Below the pieces are notes generated by a model, which saw nothing but the letters and a program-made list of their open reading frames with translations, searched no databases and was not told where the DNA came from. 57,111 bases of DNA from Candidatus Arcticimaribacter sp. (GTDB lineage: Bacteria > Bacteroidota > Bacteroidia > Flavobacteriales > Flavobacteriaceae): positions 1 through 57,111 of the forward strand of contig JBELLO010000001.1 of assembly GCA_042096495.1 (NCBI GenBank). The letters run 5' to 3'. Below, in pieces: positions 39,438-49,700 of this stretch (the stretch's first letter is position 1; the number at the start of each line of letters is the position of its first letter). Both the position numbers and the translations under genes were made by a program.

Positions 39438-39581
39438 GGCAAAAATAAATGATCAAATACCCTTTGACGACTTATCTTATGCATGCATTATTTGTCCCTT
39501 ATAGACCAGTCAAAAATCAAAAACAAACTTTATATTGTAAGAAATATTAAATCGTAGAATAATTATTAAACTAAAATATAC

Positions 39582-40325
39582 ATGTTCAATTTAGAAGGAC
39601 AAGTCGCCATCATTACCGGTGGTGCACAAGGAATTGGAGAAGGCATCTGTCAAGTCTTTTGTAAGGCTGGAGCGACAGTTGCGCTGTGGGATGTACGTGA
39701 CTCTGGTGCTGCCACAGCAGAAAAAATAAAAGCGGAAGGTGGAAACATCTTTTTTCAAAAAGTAGATATCACAAATCGTGAAGCAGTGGATAAGGCCGTA
39801 GCAGAAATCATCGAAGGCTACAGCAAGATTGATATTTTGATCAACAATGCTGGGGTTTTACGCGATCGCTCTTTTTTGAAAATGACGCAAGAAGAATGGG
39901 ATACCGTGATCAACGTCAACCTTAGTTCCCTTTTCACCACAACACAAGCCGTACTGCCTTATATGCGTGAAGCCGGCTATGGTCGTATTATTTCGGCCTC
40001 TTCGGTCAATGGTTTTGCAGGGGCCTTCGGCCAAACAAACTACTCGGCCACAAAAGCAGGCGTTGCAGGTTTCACTAGAGCATTGGCCAGAGAAGTAGGG
40101 CGTTTTGGTATTACTGCAAATGCTGTTGCCCCGGGCTTTATTGAGTCAGAAATGACCGCCTCTATGCCACCCGAGGTGGTCAAAGCAGGAATCGCTATGA
40201 TACCAGTAGCCAGAATCGGTACCCCAGAAGATATGGGTCATGCCTATTTATATTTAGCATCAAAAGAAGCAGGATTTATCAATGGAACCACCTTGCATGC
40301 AAACGGTGGTGCATTCCCAACATAA
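39582..40325 (+). CDS. FabG/PhaB-like 3-oxoacyl reductase (SDR)
   Basis: NNAGVLRD, FGQTNYSATK and APGFI motifs. Confidence 0.85.
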   Translation: MFNLEGQVAIITGGAQGIGEGICQVFCKAGATVALWDVRDSGAATAEKIKAEGGNIFFQKVDITNREAVDKAVAEIIEGYSKIDILINNAGVLRDRSFLKMTQEEWDTVINVNLSSLFTTTQAVLPYMREAGYGRIISASSVNGFAGAFGQTNYSATKAGVAGFTRALAREVGRFGITANAVAPGFIESEMTASMPPEVVKAGIAMIPVARIGTPEDMGHAYLYLASKEAGFINGTTLHANGGAFPT

Positions 40326-40330
40326 AAAAT

Positions 40331-41101
40331 ATGAGTACACGTAAATTATTTGAACTAGACGGTAAAGTTGCTATTGTTACTGGCGCCAGTAAGGGTATTG
40401 GAAAAGCAATCGCTGAAGCTTTAGCTGAATATGGCGCTAAAGTTGTCGTAAGTAGTCGTGCGCAAGAAGCCGTAGACGAAGTTGCCAATGAAATTAAAGC
40501 CAATGGCCACGAAGCCATCGGAATCGCTTGCCATGTAGGGCGAGAAGATCAACGCAAAGAGTTGGTTGAAAAAACCATTGCCGCTTATGGTGGTGTAGAC
40601 ATCTTAGTGAACAACGCAGCAACGAACCCGGTGTTTGCACCAGTTGAAGCCATTGAGAATGATGTTTTTGATAAAGTGATGAATGTTAACGTTAAAGCCT
40701 GTTTTGATTTGGCGAAGCTTTGCTTCCCATCTATGAAAGATCGCAAAGGGGGAAGTATCATTAACATTGCCTCTGTAGAGGGAATGAAACCCAGTAACGG
40801 CTTGAGCATTTACAGTGTAAGCAAGTCGGCATTGATTATGTTGACCCAATCCCAAGCCAGTGAATGGGGCAAATATGGAATTCGTTCTAATGCCATTTGT
40901 CCGGGATTGATTAAAACTAAATTTAGTCAAGCCTTATGGACAAATGATGCGTTAATGCAACAAGTCAACAATCACCTTCCCTTACGTCGTGCAGCAGAAA
41001 CGCATGAGCTCTCTGGACTAGCCGTTTATCTGGCCTCTGAAGCTTCTTCTTACACCACAGGAGCCGTTTTAAATGCAGATGGAGGACATATGTTAACCTA
41101 A
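40331..41101 (+). CDS. DHRS4-like SDR
   Basis: TGASKGIG, VSSR, CHVG, NNAATNP, YSVSK and PGLIKTKFS motifs. Confidence 0.82.
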   Translation: MSTRKLFELDGKVAIVTGASKGIGKAIAEALAEYGAKVVVSSRAQEAVDEVANEIKANGHEAIGIACHVGREDQRKELVEKTIAAYGGVDILVNNAATNPVFAPVEAIENDVFDKVMNVNVKACFDLAKLCFPSMKDRKGGSIINIASVEGMKPSNGLSIYSVSKSALIMLTQSQASEWGKYGIRSNAICPGLIKTKFSQALWTNDALMQQVNNHLPLRRAAETHELSGLAVYLASEASSYTTGAVLNADGGHMLT

Positions 41102-41110
41102 AAAAAAGCA

Positions 41111-41599
41111 ATGGAACAAACCACTACGCCCTACTCAACTCAACTCAAGGAGCTTGAGGAGTTAAAAGATTATGTCGGAAAAGAATTAGGTCTGACTGAA
41201 TGGATGACCATGGAACAAGAGCGCATCAATAGCTTCGCTGAAGCTACCGAAGATATGCAATGGATCCATACCAATCCAGAACGAAGCGCCGCCTTTTCTC
41301 CCTATAAGAAAACAGTCGCTCACGGCTTTTTAGTGCTTTCGCTAGCTTCTAAAATTTCTTATGACGCCTTCTCTATTGAGAATGTTGTTATGGGCGTTAA
41401 CTATGGTTTAGATAAGGTGCGTTTTCCTAACGCGACTAAGTCAGATGCAAAATTACGTGGCCGTGTCTCTTTAATGGAGTATGACGCTATTCCAGGCGGA
41501 GCCAAATATAAAATGAAGATCGTCTTTGAATTAGAAGGAGAAGAAAAACCCGCTTGTGTCGCCGAATTTTTAGCCATGGCGTATACTATGCCGGCTTAG
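41111..41599 (+). CDS. MaoC-family (R)-enoyl-CoA hydratase
   Basis: FA.AT.D.QWIH, AHGFL and NYGLDKVRF motifs. Confidence 0.88.
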   Translation: MEQTTTPYSTQLKELEELKDYVGKELGLTEWMTMEQERINSFAEATEDMQWIHTNPERSAAFSPYKKTVAHGFLVLSLASKISYDAFSIENVVMGVNYGLDKVRFPNATKSDAKLRGRVSLMEYDAIPGGAKYKMKIVFELEGEEKPACVAEFLAMAYTMPA

Positions 41600-41683
41600 A
41601 AAACAGGAATTGAAATAAACTACACCGAAAATATCCTCAATGAATTATGTGATTATTTTAAACGTGCATTTAAAACGAATTAA

Positions 41684-42763
41684 ATGGGAGTAGCATTAGA
41701 CAAAGCAAAAGCAGTGCGCCAGGGGGAAAACCTCAACGAAGCTGCTTTACAACAATATTTAGCCAAAAACTTAGGGCAAGAACAAGGAAAACTAGCGGTA
41801 CAACAATTCCCCTCTGGATTTTCAAACCTGACCTATTTGATACAATTTGCAGGAACAGATTATGTCTTGCGCCGTCCCCCCTTTGGGGCGAATATCAAAT
41901 CGGGACACGATATGGGACGGGAATACAAAATTCTTTCTGCACTAGAAGGGAACTATGACAAAGCGCCTAAACCCATTCTTTTTTGCGAAGACTTAAGCAT
42001 CCTTGAAGCGCCCTTTTATTTAATGGAACGCGTGCAAGGAACCATTTTAAGGGCCTCTACTCCTCAAGATCAAATGCCTAGTCCAGCGCAATTTGAATCC
42101 CTTTCAAATAGTTTAGTCGATACCCTTGTTGAATTACACCATCTAGATTATAAATCAATTGGGTTAGAAGATTTAGGCAATCCAGAAGGCTATGTGGAAC
42201 GCCAAGTGGTAGGCTGGAGTAAACGCTATCAAAAAGCGAAAACCCATGACAACAAAGAAATGGAAGCAACCGCGCTTTGGCTCAATAACAACATGCCGAA
42301 AAAAAGCGGGGCGAGCCTAGTTCACAATGATTTCAAGTATGATAACCTTGTTCTAACCCCAGATGAAAACCTCAATGTAAAAGCGGTCTTAGATTGGGAA
42401 ATGACTACCCTAGGGGATCCTTTGATGGATCTAGGTACCACTTTAGGCTATTGGATCCACCACACTGATCCAGATTTTATTGCGCAAAATCAACTCAATC
42501 TCACTACCCAAAAAGGGAACCCAACCCGTGGGGAGATTGTAGAAATGTATGCCAAAAAAAGCGAGAAAGCTGTAGATGACATCGTTTTCTACTTTGTCTT
42601 TGGTGTATTTAAAATAGCCGTTATTGTACAGCAAATATATTACCGCTATAGTCTGGGTCATACCCAAGACCCTCGCTTTAAACATTTAGACAAAATTGTC
42701 GCCTTGTATGGTTTAGTGGCCCAGCAAGCGATACAAAAAAAGAAAATAGACCACTTATTTTAA
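41684..42763 (+). CDS. APH-family phosphotransferase (ACAD10/11 kinase-like, LvaA-like)
   Basis: GFSNLTY, VLRRPP, HDM.RE, HNDFKYDN and LDWEMTTLGDP motifs. Confidence 0.87.
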   Translation: MGVALDKAKAVRQGENLNEAALQQYLAKNLGQEQGKLAVQQFPSGFSNLTYLIQFAGTDYVLRRPPFGANIKSGHDMGREYKILSALEGNYDKAPKPILFCEDLSILEAPFYLMERVQGTILRASTPQDQMPSPAQFESLSNSLVDTLVELHHLDYKSIGLEDLGNPEGYVERQVVGWSKRYQKAKTHDNKEMEATALWLNNNMPKKSGASLVHNDFKYDNLVLTPDENLNVKAVLDWEMTTLGDPLMDLGTTLGYWIHHTDPDFIAQNQLNLTTQKGNPTRGEIVEMYAKKSEKAVDDIVFYFVFGVFKIAVIVQQIYYRYSLGHTQDPRFKHLDKIVALYGLVAQQAIQKKKIDHLF

Positions 42764-42773
42764 TCAAGACAGT

Positions 42774-43967
42774 ATGGAAACGAAGACAAAAACAGATCTC
42801 GAGGATTTTAGACTCGAAACAAGACGATGGCTGGAGGAAAACTGTCCGGCGAGCATGCGCAAACCCATCAAAGACTCTAATGATTACTTTTGGGGTGGAC
42901 GCAACGCTACTTTTAACAATGAAGACCAAAAAGTTTGGTTTGAGAAAATGTTAGCCAAAAAGTGGATTGTTCCTTACTGGGACACCCAGTATGGTGGCGG
43001 GGGCCTCTCTAGAGAAGAAAACAATATTCTCACCCAAGAAATGACCCGTTTAGGCTGTCGCAAACCCCTCTTTAGTTTCGGGATTTCGATGTTAGGTCCT
43101 GCCCTACATAAATTTGCTAACGAGGAACAAAAAATGCACTTTCTCCCAGAGATCAGCGCAGGAAAAACCTGGTGGTGTCAAGGTTATAGCGAGCCTAACG
43201 CAGGGAGTGATTTAGCTGGCTTGCAGACAAAAGCCGAAGACAAAGGTGACCACTATCTGGTCACTGGATCTAAAGTGTGGACTTCTTATGCCGATAAGGC
43301 AGATTGGATTTTCTGCCTCGTGAGAACAGATTTTGACGCCCCTAAACACAACGGGATTAGCTTCTTATTAATCGACATGGCCTCTGAAGGTGTAAGCACA
43401 AGACCCATCAAATTGATCAGTGGAAAATCTCCCTTTTGTGAGACTTTCTTTGATAATGTGAAGGTACCCAAAGAAAATTTGATTGGAACACTGAACGAAG
43501 GATGGAGTATTGCGAAATACCTCTTGACGCATGAACGTCAAATGATTGGCGGTGTGGGAGAGACCGATCAACGTCGAGAGTTGCACGACATTGCAAAGGA
43601 TCACCTTCCTATGAAAGACGGGAAAATCACCGATGCAGTATTGCGCAATGAACTAGCGGTGCAGGACATGAACGATAAGATCTTTGAGATGACCATTCAA
43701 CGTATTATGGATGAAGCCAAAACCGGTGTAAATGCTGGAGCATTATCTTCCTTCTTTAAATATTATGGAACAGAACAAAATGTTTCTCGTATGGAATTGA
43801 TGACCGCCATTACAGGAAGTGACGGACTTGTTTGGGAAGGAGATGATAAAGAGGCCATGAACCAGGCAAGATTATTTTGTCGCTCTAAAGGAAATACCAT
43901 CGAAGGTGGAACTTCTGAAGTTCAACTAGGGATTATTTCAAAACGCATTTTAAACCTCCCTTCTTAA
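42774..43967 (+). CDS. Acyl-CoA dehydrogenase, probable catalytic subunit
   Basis: WCQGYSEPNAGSDLA, G.KVWTS and TIEGGTSEVQ motifs. Confidence 0.9.
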   Translation: METKTKTDLEDFRLETRRWLEENCPASMRKPIKDSNDYFWGGRNATFNNEDQKVWFEKMLAKKWIVPYWDTQYGGGGLSREENNILTQEMTRLGCRKPLFSFGISMLGPALHKFANEEQKMHFLPEISAGKTWWCQGYSEPNAGSDLAGLQTKAEDKGDHYLVTGSKVWTSYADKADWIFCLVRTDFDAPKHNGISFLLIDMASEGVSTRPIKLISGKSPFCETFFDNVKVPKENLIGTLNEGWSIAKYLLTHERQMIGGVGETDQRRELHDIAKDHLPMKDGKITDAVLRNELAVQDMNDKIFEMTIQRIMDEAKTGVNAGALSSFFKYYGTEQNVSRMELMTAITGSDGLVWEGDDKEAMNQARLFCRSKGNTIEGGTSEVQLGIISKRILNLPS

Positions 43968-43976
43968 AACAATCCT

Positions 43977-45098
43977 ATGGCACTTATATTAAACGAAGAA
44001 CAAAAAATGCTCAGGGATTCTGCAAACGAATTCTTAGCAGCAAACGCACCCGTAGAACAATTTAGAACATTAAGGGATAACAACTATGAAGCCTTTGACG
44101 CCGATCTCTGGCCCGCCATAGTAGAAATGGGTTGGACCGCTTTAACCATTCCAGAAGAATACAATGGTCTAGATTTTGGTTATGTAGGCCTAGGGCAAGT
44201 CTTAGAAGAAATGGGGCGCAATTTGACAAAAGCACCTTTGTTGTCTTCAATCGCTTTGGGCGGAACCGCCCTAGTTAATTCAACCAATGCTGGCCTAAAA
44301 TCATCTTGGATTCCAGAAATCATGAATGGAACTAAGCGCTTAGCCTATGCTATTGATGAAAAGAATTATTTTGATCCTACTGCCATCGAAACTACTGCAG
44401 TTACTACTGCAGAGGGCTATACCATTAATGGTACTAAAAAGATGGTGATCGATGGAGCTGGTGCAGATGCTTATATCGTGGTAGCGAAAACAGACGAGGG
44501 TGAAGCTGCCTTGTTTCTAGTGGATGCTGACAGTAAAGGAATCACGATGCAAACAGATATTTTGTTAGATGCGGGTACATATGCCACCCTAAATTTTGAG
44601 CAGGTAAACATTGCCAATGATCATCGTATTAGCGAACCAGGAAAAGGAAATGATCTTCTCAACTTAGTCAATAATACAGCTGCGATTTGCCTTTCTGCAG
44701 AGATGATGGGGATGATCCATGCTGCTTTTGAACAGACCGTTGCTTATTTACAAGAACGCACCCAGTTTGGCAAGCGCATCGGGAGTTATCAAGCCCTGCA
44801 ACACAGAGCTGCAAAAATGTTTTGCGAGATTGAACTGTGCAAAAGTGTAGTGATTACCGCCTTACAAGGCCTTGATAAGCAAGCAGAAAATTTAGATGAA
44901 TTGGCCAGTTTGGCCAAAGCAAAACTAGGTAAAACCATCAAAGTCGTTTCAAATGAAGCCATGCAAATGCACGGCGGTATCGGTGTTACCGACGATGTCA
45001 ATATTGGGTTTTACTTTAAACGTGCCCGTGTCGCACAACGATTATTTGGGGATTACAATTATCACCTCGATCGATATGCGAGCTTAAAGCAATATTAA
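43977..45098 (+). CDS. Acyl-CoA dehydrogenase, probable partner subunit
   Basis: R.QFG..IGSYQA.QH and QMHGGIG present; EPxAGSD absent; C-terminus shortened. Confidence 0.88.
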   Translation: MALILNEEQKMLRDSANEFLAANAPVEQFRTLRDNNYEAFDADLWPAIVEMGWTALTIPEEYNGLDFGYVGLGQVLEEMGRNLTKAPLLSSIALGGTALVNSTNAGLKSSWIPEIMNGTKRLAYAIDEKNYFDPTAIETTAVTTAEGYTINGTKKMVIDGAGADAYIVVAKTDEGEAALFLVDADSKGITMQTDILLDAGTYATLNFEQVNIANDHRISEPGKGNDLLNLVNNTAAICLSAEMMGMIHAAFEQTVAYLQERTQFGKRIGSYQALQHRAAKMFCEIELCKSVVITALQGLDKQAENLDELASLAKAKLGKTIKVVSNEAMQMHGGIGVTDDVNIGFYFKRARVAQRLFGDYNYHLDRYASLKQY

Positions 45099-45110
45099 TC
45101 AACAGATCCC

Positions 45111-46667
45111 TTAGTTGACTCCCGGTTGGCTAAGGGTAAATTTTTCTTCTTCTTTCGCTTGATCAACCATGTCTTTGACCTCATTTAAGAGCGCCTTTGC
45201 ATCATAAATAACGCCGTTGCTAATGGTGTATTTTACCCCTCCTACTCTCACAACTTCGTTGTCATCGGTTAGTTTAATGGCACCAGTTCCATAGAGGACT
45301 TTTAGATTTTCTAGTGGATTTGCATCCACTAAAATCATATCGGCTAATTTGCCTACTTCTATTGTTCCTATTTGGTCGTCCATTTTAAGCGCTTCTGCTC
45401 CATTGAGGGTAGCAGATCGAATCACCTCAAGTGGATGGAAACCTGCTTCGCGTAATAATTCTAACTCACGCACATAGGCAAAACCATATAGCTGAAAGAT
45501 AAAACCAGAGTCAGAACCAGTGGTTACACGTCCTCCACGATTTTTATATTCATTGACAAAGGTCATCCAAAGGGTATAATTCTTTTTCCAAGCGATCTCT
45601 TGTTCGGTGCCCCAAAAATGCCAGTAAGACCCATGGGAAATCTTAGACGGCTGATAGAAACGCCAAAGACTGGGCAGGGTGTAATCTTCGTGCCATTCTG
45701 CGCGACGAGCACGATGTAAATCCCGACTGGCTTCATAGATATTGAAGGTTGGATCAAGGGTAAAATCAAGGGTTAATAATTCTTCCATCACCCGGTTCCA
45801 ATGCTCTGAATAAGGTTTTGCGGCTTGTTCCCATAATTTCCCTGCTTGCTCAAAACGATGTTGTTCGTTTTGATAGTTGTAATCCAAGGGATAATCTTGT
45901 ACTGTTTTATCGTCAAATAAAGCTTCAGGCAATCCATACCAGTGCTCCATACTAGTAAGACCTGCTCTGGCAGAATGTAATACGTTCCATCGAGCAACAC
46001 TTAATTGTGCATGATGACAGGCAGAGCCTAATCCTAGCTTATTGTTTTCGTCTAGAGCGGCTTCCATAATTTCGGGCGAAGCCCCAAAAAACTTAATCCC
46101 ATCTGAGCCTGCTTTGGCGTTAGCCCTTACCCACGATCTCGCTTCTTCTGGGGTATTGATGCCATTTTCAGCGCCAGCCCCAAATCCAGTGTATTGAATA
46201 ATTCGCGGCGCGATAATTTTATTTTGAGCACTTCTTTTCTTCAGATCTAAGGTCCAATCTCGACTGCGTCCACTGGGTTCTCTCACCGTAGTTACACCAT
46301 GGGCCAACCACAATTTAAAAACATAATCCCAGTCTGCCCCTTGTGATACTCCGCCAATATGGCCGTGCATATCGATAAAGCCTGGGAGTAAATACATCCC
46401 CTGGGCATTGATTTCTTTTCCGCCTTCTTTTAATGCAGGTCTCCCTTTATCGCTGATTTCAACCCCAGGATAACCCACTGTTTTTACTTGAGTAATTACA
46501 TTGTTTTCTATAACCACATCTACTGGTCCAAGTGGTGGAGAACCATTCCCATTGATTAAAGTAACTCCTCTAATAATTAATTGATCAAAAGGACCTTCGG
46601 CTAATTGTGCTTGTAAGACTATTCCTGTTAATAAGGATAGTGCAAAAAATAAAAGGGATTTTTTCAT
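45111..46667 (-). CDS. Secreted amidohydrolase-superfamily metallohydrolase
   Basis: PGFIDMHGH, GIKF, CHH, EHW, GSD and GKLAD motifs. ATG 46667 gives signal MKKSLL..QAQ. Confidence 0.87.
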   Translation of the reverse strand: MKKSLLFFALSLLTGIVLQAQLAEGPFDQLIIRGVTLINGNGSPPLGPVDVVIENNVITQVKTVGYPGVEISDKGRPALKEGGKEINAQGMYLLPGFIDMHGHIGGVSQGADWDYVFKLWLAHGVTTVREPSGRSRDWTLDLKKRSAQNKIIAPRIIQYTGFGAGAENGINTPEEARSWVRANAKAGSDGIKFFGASPEIMEAALDENNKLGLGSACHHAQLSVARWNVLHSARAGLTSMEHWYGLPEALFDDKTVQDYPLDYNYQNEQHRFEQAGKLWEQAAKPYSEHWNRVMEELLTLDFTLDPTFNIYEASRDLHRARRAEWHEDYTLPSLWRFYQPSKISHGSYWHFWGTEQEIAWKKNYTLWMTFVNEYKNRGGRVTTGSDSGFIFQLYGFAYVRELELLREAGFHPLEVIRSATLNGAEALKMDDQIGTIEVGKLADMILVDANPLENLKVLYGTGAIKLTDDNEVVRVGGVKYTISNGVIYDAKALLNEVKDMVDQAKEEEKFTLSQPGVN

Positions 46668-46785
46668 TTTGTCTTGATATAGGACTAAAACTATAAAAAA
46701 AAGATGATACACAATGGGCTAAGTTGATTTTTACACTTGGCATGATTAATGCCAAATAATTATTTACTATTTTTATATATAGTTT

Positions 46786-49700
46786 ATGGGAAATAATTCT
46801 ACACTAAAAAACACTTTTTTATTTTCACTACTACTCATTTTTATGGGGAGTATTTCCTATGCTCAAAATGATTTCGATAAACCTGTCTTAACTGAATTTT
46901 CAATTTCGCCTTCTCAAGTTGATATTAGTTCTGGGGGAGTAACCGTCACAGCTTACATTAGGGTTTCTGATACTTCTGGAATCACTACCCCTACAGGAGG
47001 ACCAGAAGTTTTTAGCACAAATATTATTGGAAACTATATTCGCTTCTCTACCTGGACACTTATTCAAGGAGATACATTTAATGGAGTTTATGAAGCCACC
47101 GCCTTGATCGATCCAACTAAAGTACCATCGGGAGATTTTAGTGTAGACGAAGAAAGAAATTCCTTTAATGATAATGTAGGACTTTCGCCTGACGGAATTC
47201 AAAATGTAACCTTAAGCGTAACAAATAATTCTGAAGCTGATTTCGACAAACCTGTCTTAACTGAATTTTCAATTTCGCCTTCTCAAGTTGATATTAGTTC
47301 TGGGGGAGTAACCGTCACAGCTTACATTAGGGTTTCTGATACTTCTGGAATCACTACCCCTACAGGAGGACCAGAAGTTTTTAGCACAAATATTATTGGA
47401 AACTATATTCGCTTCTCTACCTGGACACTTATTCAAGGAGATACATTTAATGGAGTTTATGAAGCCACCGCCTTGATCGATCCAACTAAAGTACCATCGG
47501 GAGATTTTAGTGTAGACGAAGAAAGAAATTCCTTTAATGATAATGTAGGACTTTCGCCTGACGGAATTCAAAATGTAACCTTAAGCGTAATAAACTACTA
47601 TGGCACTCAAGCTCCAGCTAGTGGAGATGGAACAGAATCAAATCCCTATGAAATTGACTCTTTTTCAGATCTCTGGTGGCTATCTCAAAATAGTGGTCGT
47701 TGGGGATATCATTATATTCAAACTGCAGATATTGATGCATCATCCTCGTCTTATCTAGATTCTGGAAAAGGTTTTACGCCTATAGGAAACACAAACACAA
47801 AATTCACTGGGTCTTATGACGGTCAAGGTTTTTCAGTTGATAATTTATTTATTGCTAGAGTACAAGACAATGAAATCGGATTGTTTGGTTATGTTGAAAA
47901 TGGTATATTAAAAAATATTAATCTATATAAACCTAATATAACTGGTGATATCAGAGTTGGTGCTATTGTTGGTGAGCTAGTGAATAATTCTAATCAATTT
48001 TTATCTAACCATGTTAAGGAAGGTTATGTTTTAGGAAACACTACAACAGGTGGTTTAGTTGGTAGGTTAGGATCCTATTCTCAAGTTCACGAATCTTCAT
48101 ATACAGGAACAGTTACTGGATATCCATCAAGTCAAAATTTTAATGGAGGGGGCGAGCCAAAAAATATTGGAGGATTAATTGGTAAAATCAAACCTAATGG
48201 TGTCCTAAAGAAAAGCTTTTTCGAAGGATACGTCTATGGAGTATCCTATGTTGGTGGAATAGTGGGGACAAATTCCGGTAATGAAATATCGAATTCATAC
48301 TCTATCGGAAAAGTCATAGGAGAAAATGTTTTTGTAGGTGGAATCTCAGGAAGTAGTGGATTTTTCAATAGTAGTAGTGGAAGGATTCATAATTATACAT
48401 CAACTGTAGTACAATCTATTGCTAATTCTAGTTTAGTTGGACCTATTGTTGGAAATCAAGCCACTTCGTCAGGATATTCATATGAAGGCGCAGATAATTT
48501 TTGGAACTCAACTAATAATAACTTAACTAGTGCGGGGGGGAACATTGACTTTCCCAAGTCAACTGAAGAATTAAAAACCACATCAACATATACGGACGAA
48601 GGATGGGATTTTGACAATACCTGGATGATTACAGGTAATATGAATGACGGTTTTCCGATCTTGAGAGGGAATAACGAATTAAACCTGCAAAATATTGATT
48701 TTGACTACAGCACAAGTCAATTGATCATCACCTTAACTCACCCAGTATATGAAGCGGGAGAGACACCTCCCTCTACCGCTGACTTTATCTTTAGCTTAGA
48801 AGATCCCAACAGTACGGTAACTGGCTCTACTGCATCGTTGGTTAGCTCTACTGCCTTAGATTTGACTATTTCCTCAGACCTAAAAACCTTGAGTTTTATC
48901 GTTTCTACTACAGGAACTTTTGATGGCGATGAAGAATTGAAAATGTCTCCTTCAGATGAAGAGGATGAAGATATTTATATTAGTTATTATCTCACACAAG
49001 ACAATGAAAGCCCTACCCTATTAGCACTTACCAGCAACGCTTTAAACAACAGTGTCCAAGTTTCTGACACAATAATCATTACAGCAAACTTCTCTGAATC
49101 GATGGCCAGTACGCCTAGTTTAATTTTATCTACCTCCCCTGCTACTGTGGTTGAAATGAGTTCATCCAACTATGGGGTAGAAGCATTAAATCAATTTAAT
49201 ACGACTAGTGGAGCTAGTGCTGGTGGAACAGACCAATGGCAATCTTTTACGGTAAGTGAAACAGGACAATTGTCTAAGGTGGCCTGGAGAATGGCCAACC
49301 CAGTAATTGACGGAGCTCCTCAACCCATTTCAATCAAAGTTTATCGCGGAGAAGGAACAGCTGGGACACTAGTGGCAGAAAGTCAAGGCTTATTTACCCC
49401 TGCTTACAAAGACGAAAATGGAAACTACATCTCCGGTGAATATATCTTCTTTGATCTAAGTGCAGATAATGTGAATGTTAGCGCTAATGAAACCCTAAGT
49501 ATTCGACTTACCCTTACCGATGGAAATCAAAATGTAGGATTCTTAAGTTTAAGCACCGCTAACCCCTATGCTGGTGGTCGAGGGAGTAATGATACTGATT
49601 GGGATTATTTATTTAAAACTTATGTTAGACCAACTGCAAATGGTACAGAAAATTGGAACTATCAATGGATAATTCCTCCCACTAATCTAACAGAAATTTC

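Noticed and set aside
41684-42763. Aminoglycoside resistance kinase
   Set aside because: Motifs (LRRPP, HDM.RE, DWEM.TLGDP) and context fit the acyl-CoA-associated ACAD10/11-type subfamily.
46900-47571. Two identical 100-aa minus-strand ORFs
   Set aside because: They are a by-product of the tandem duplication in the plus-strand adhesin.
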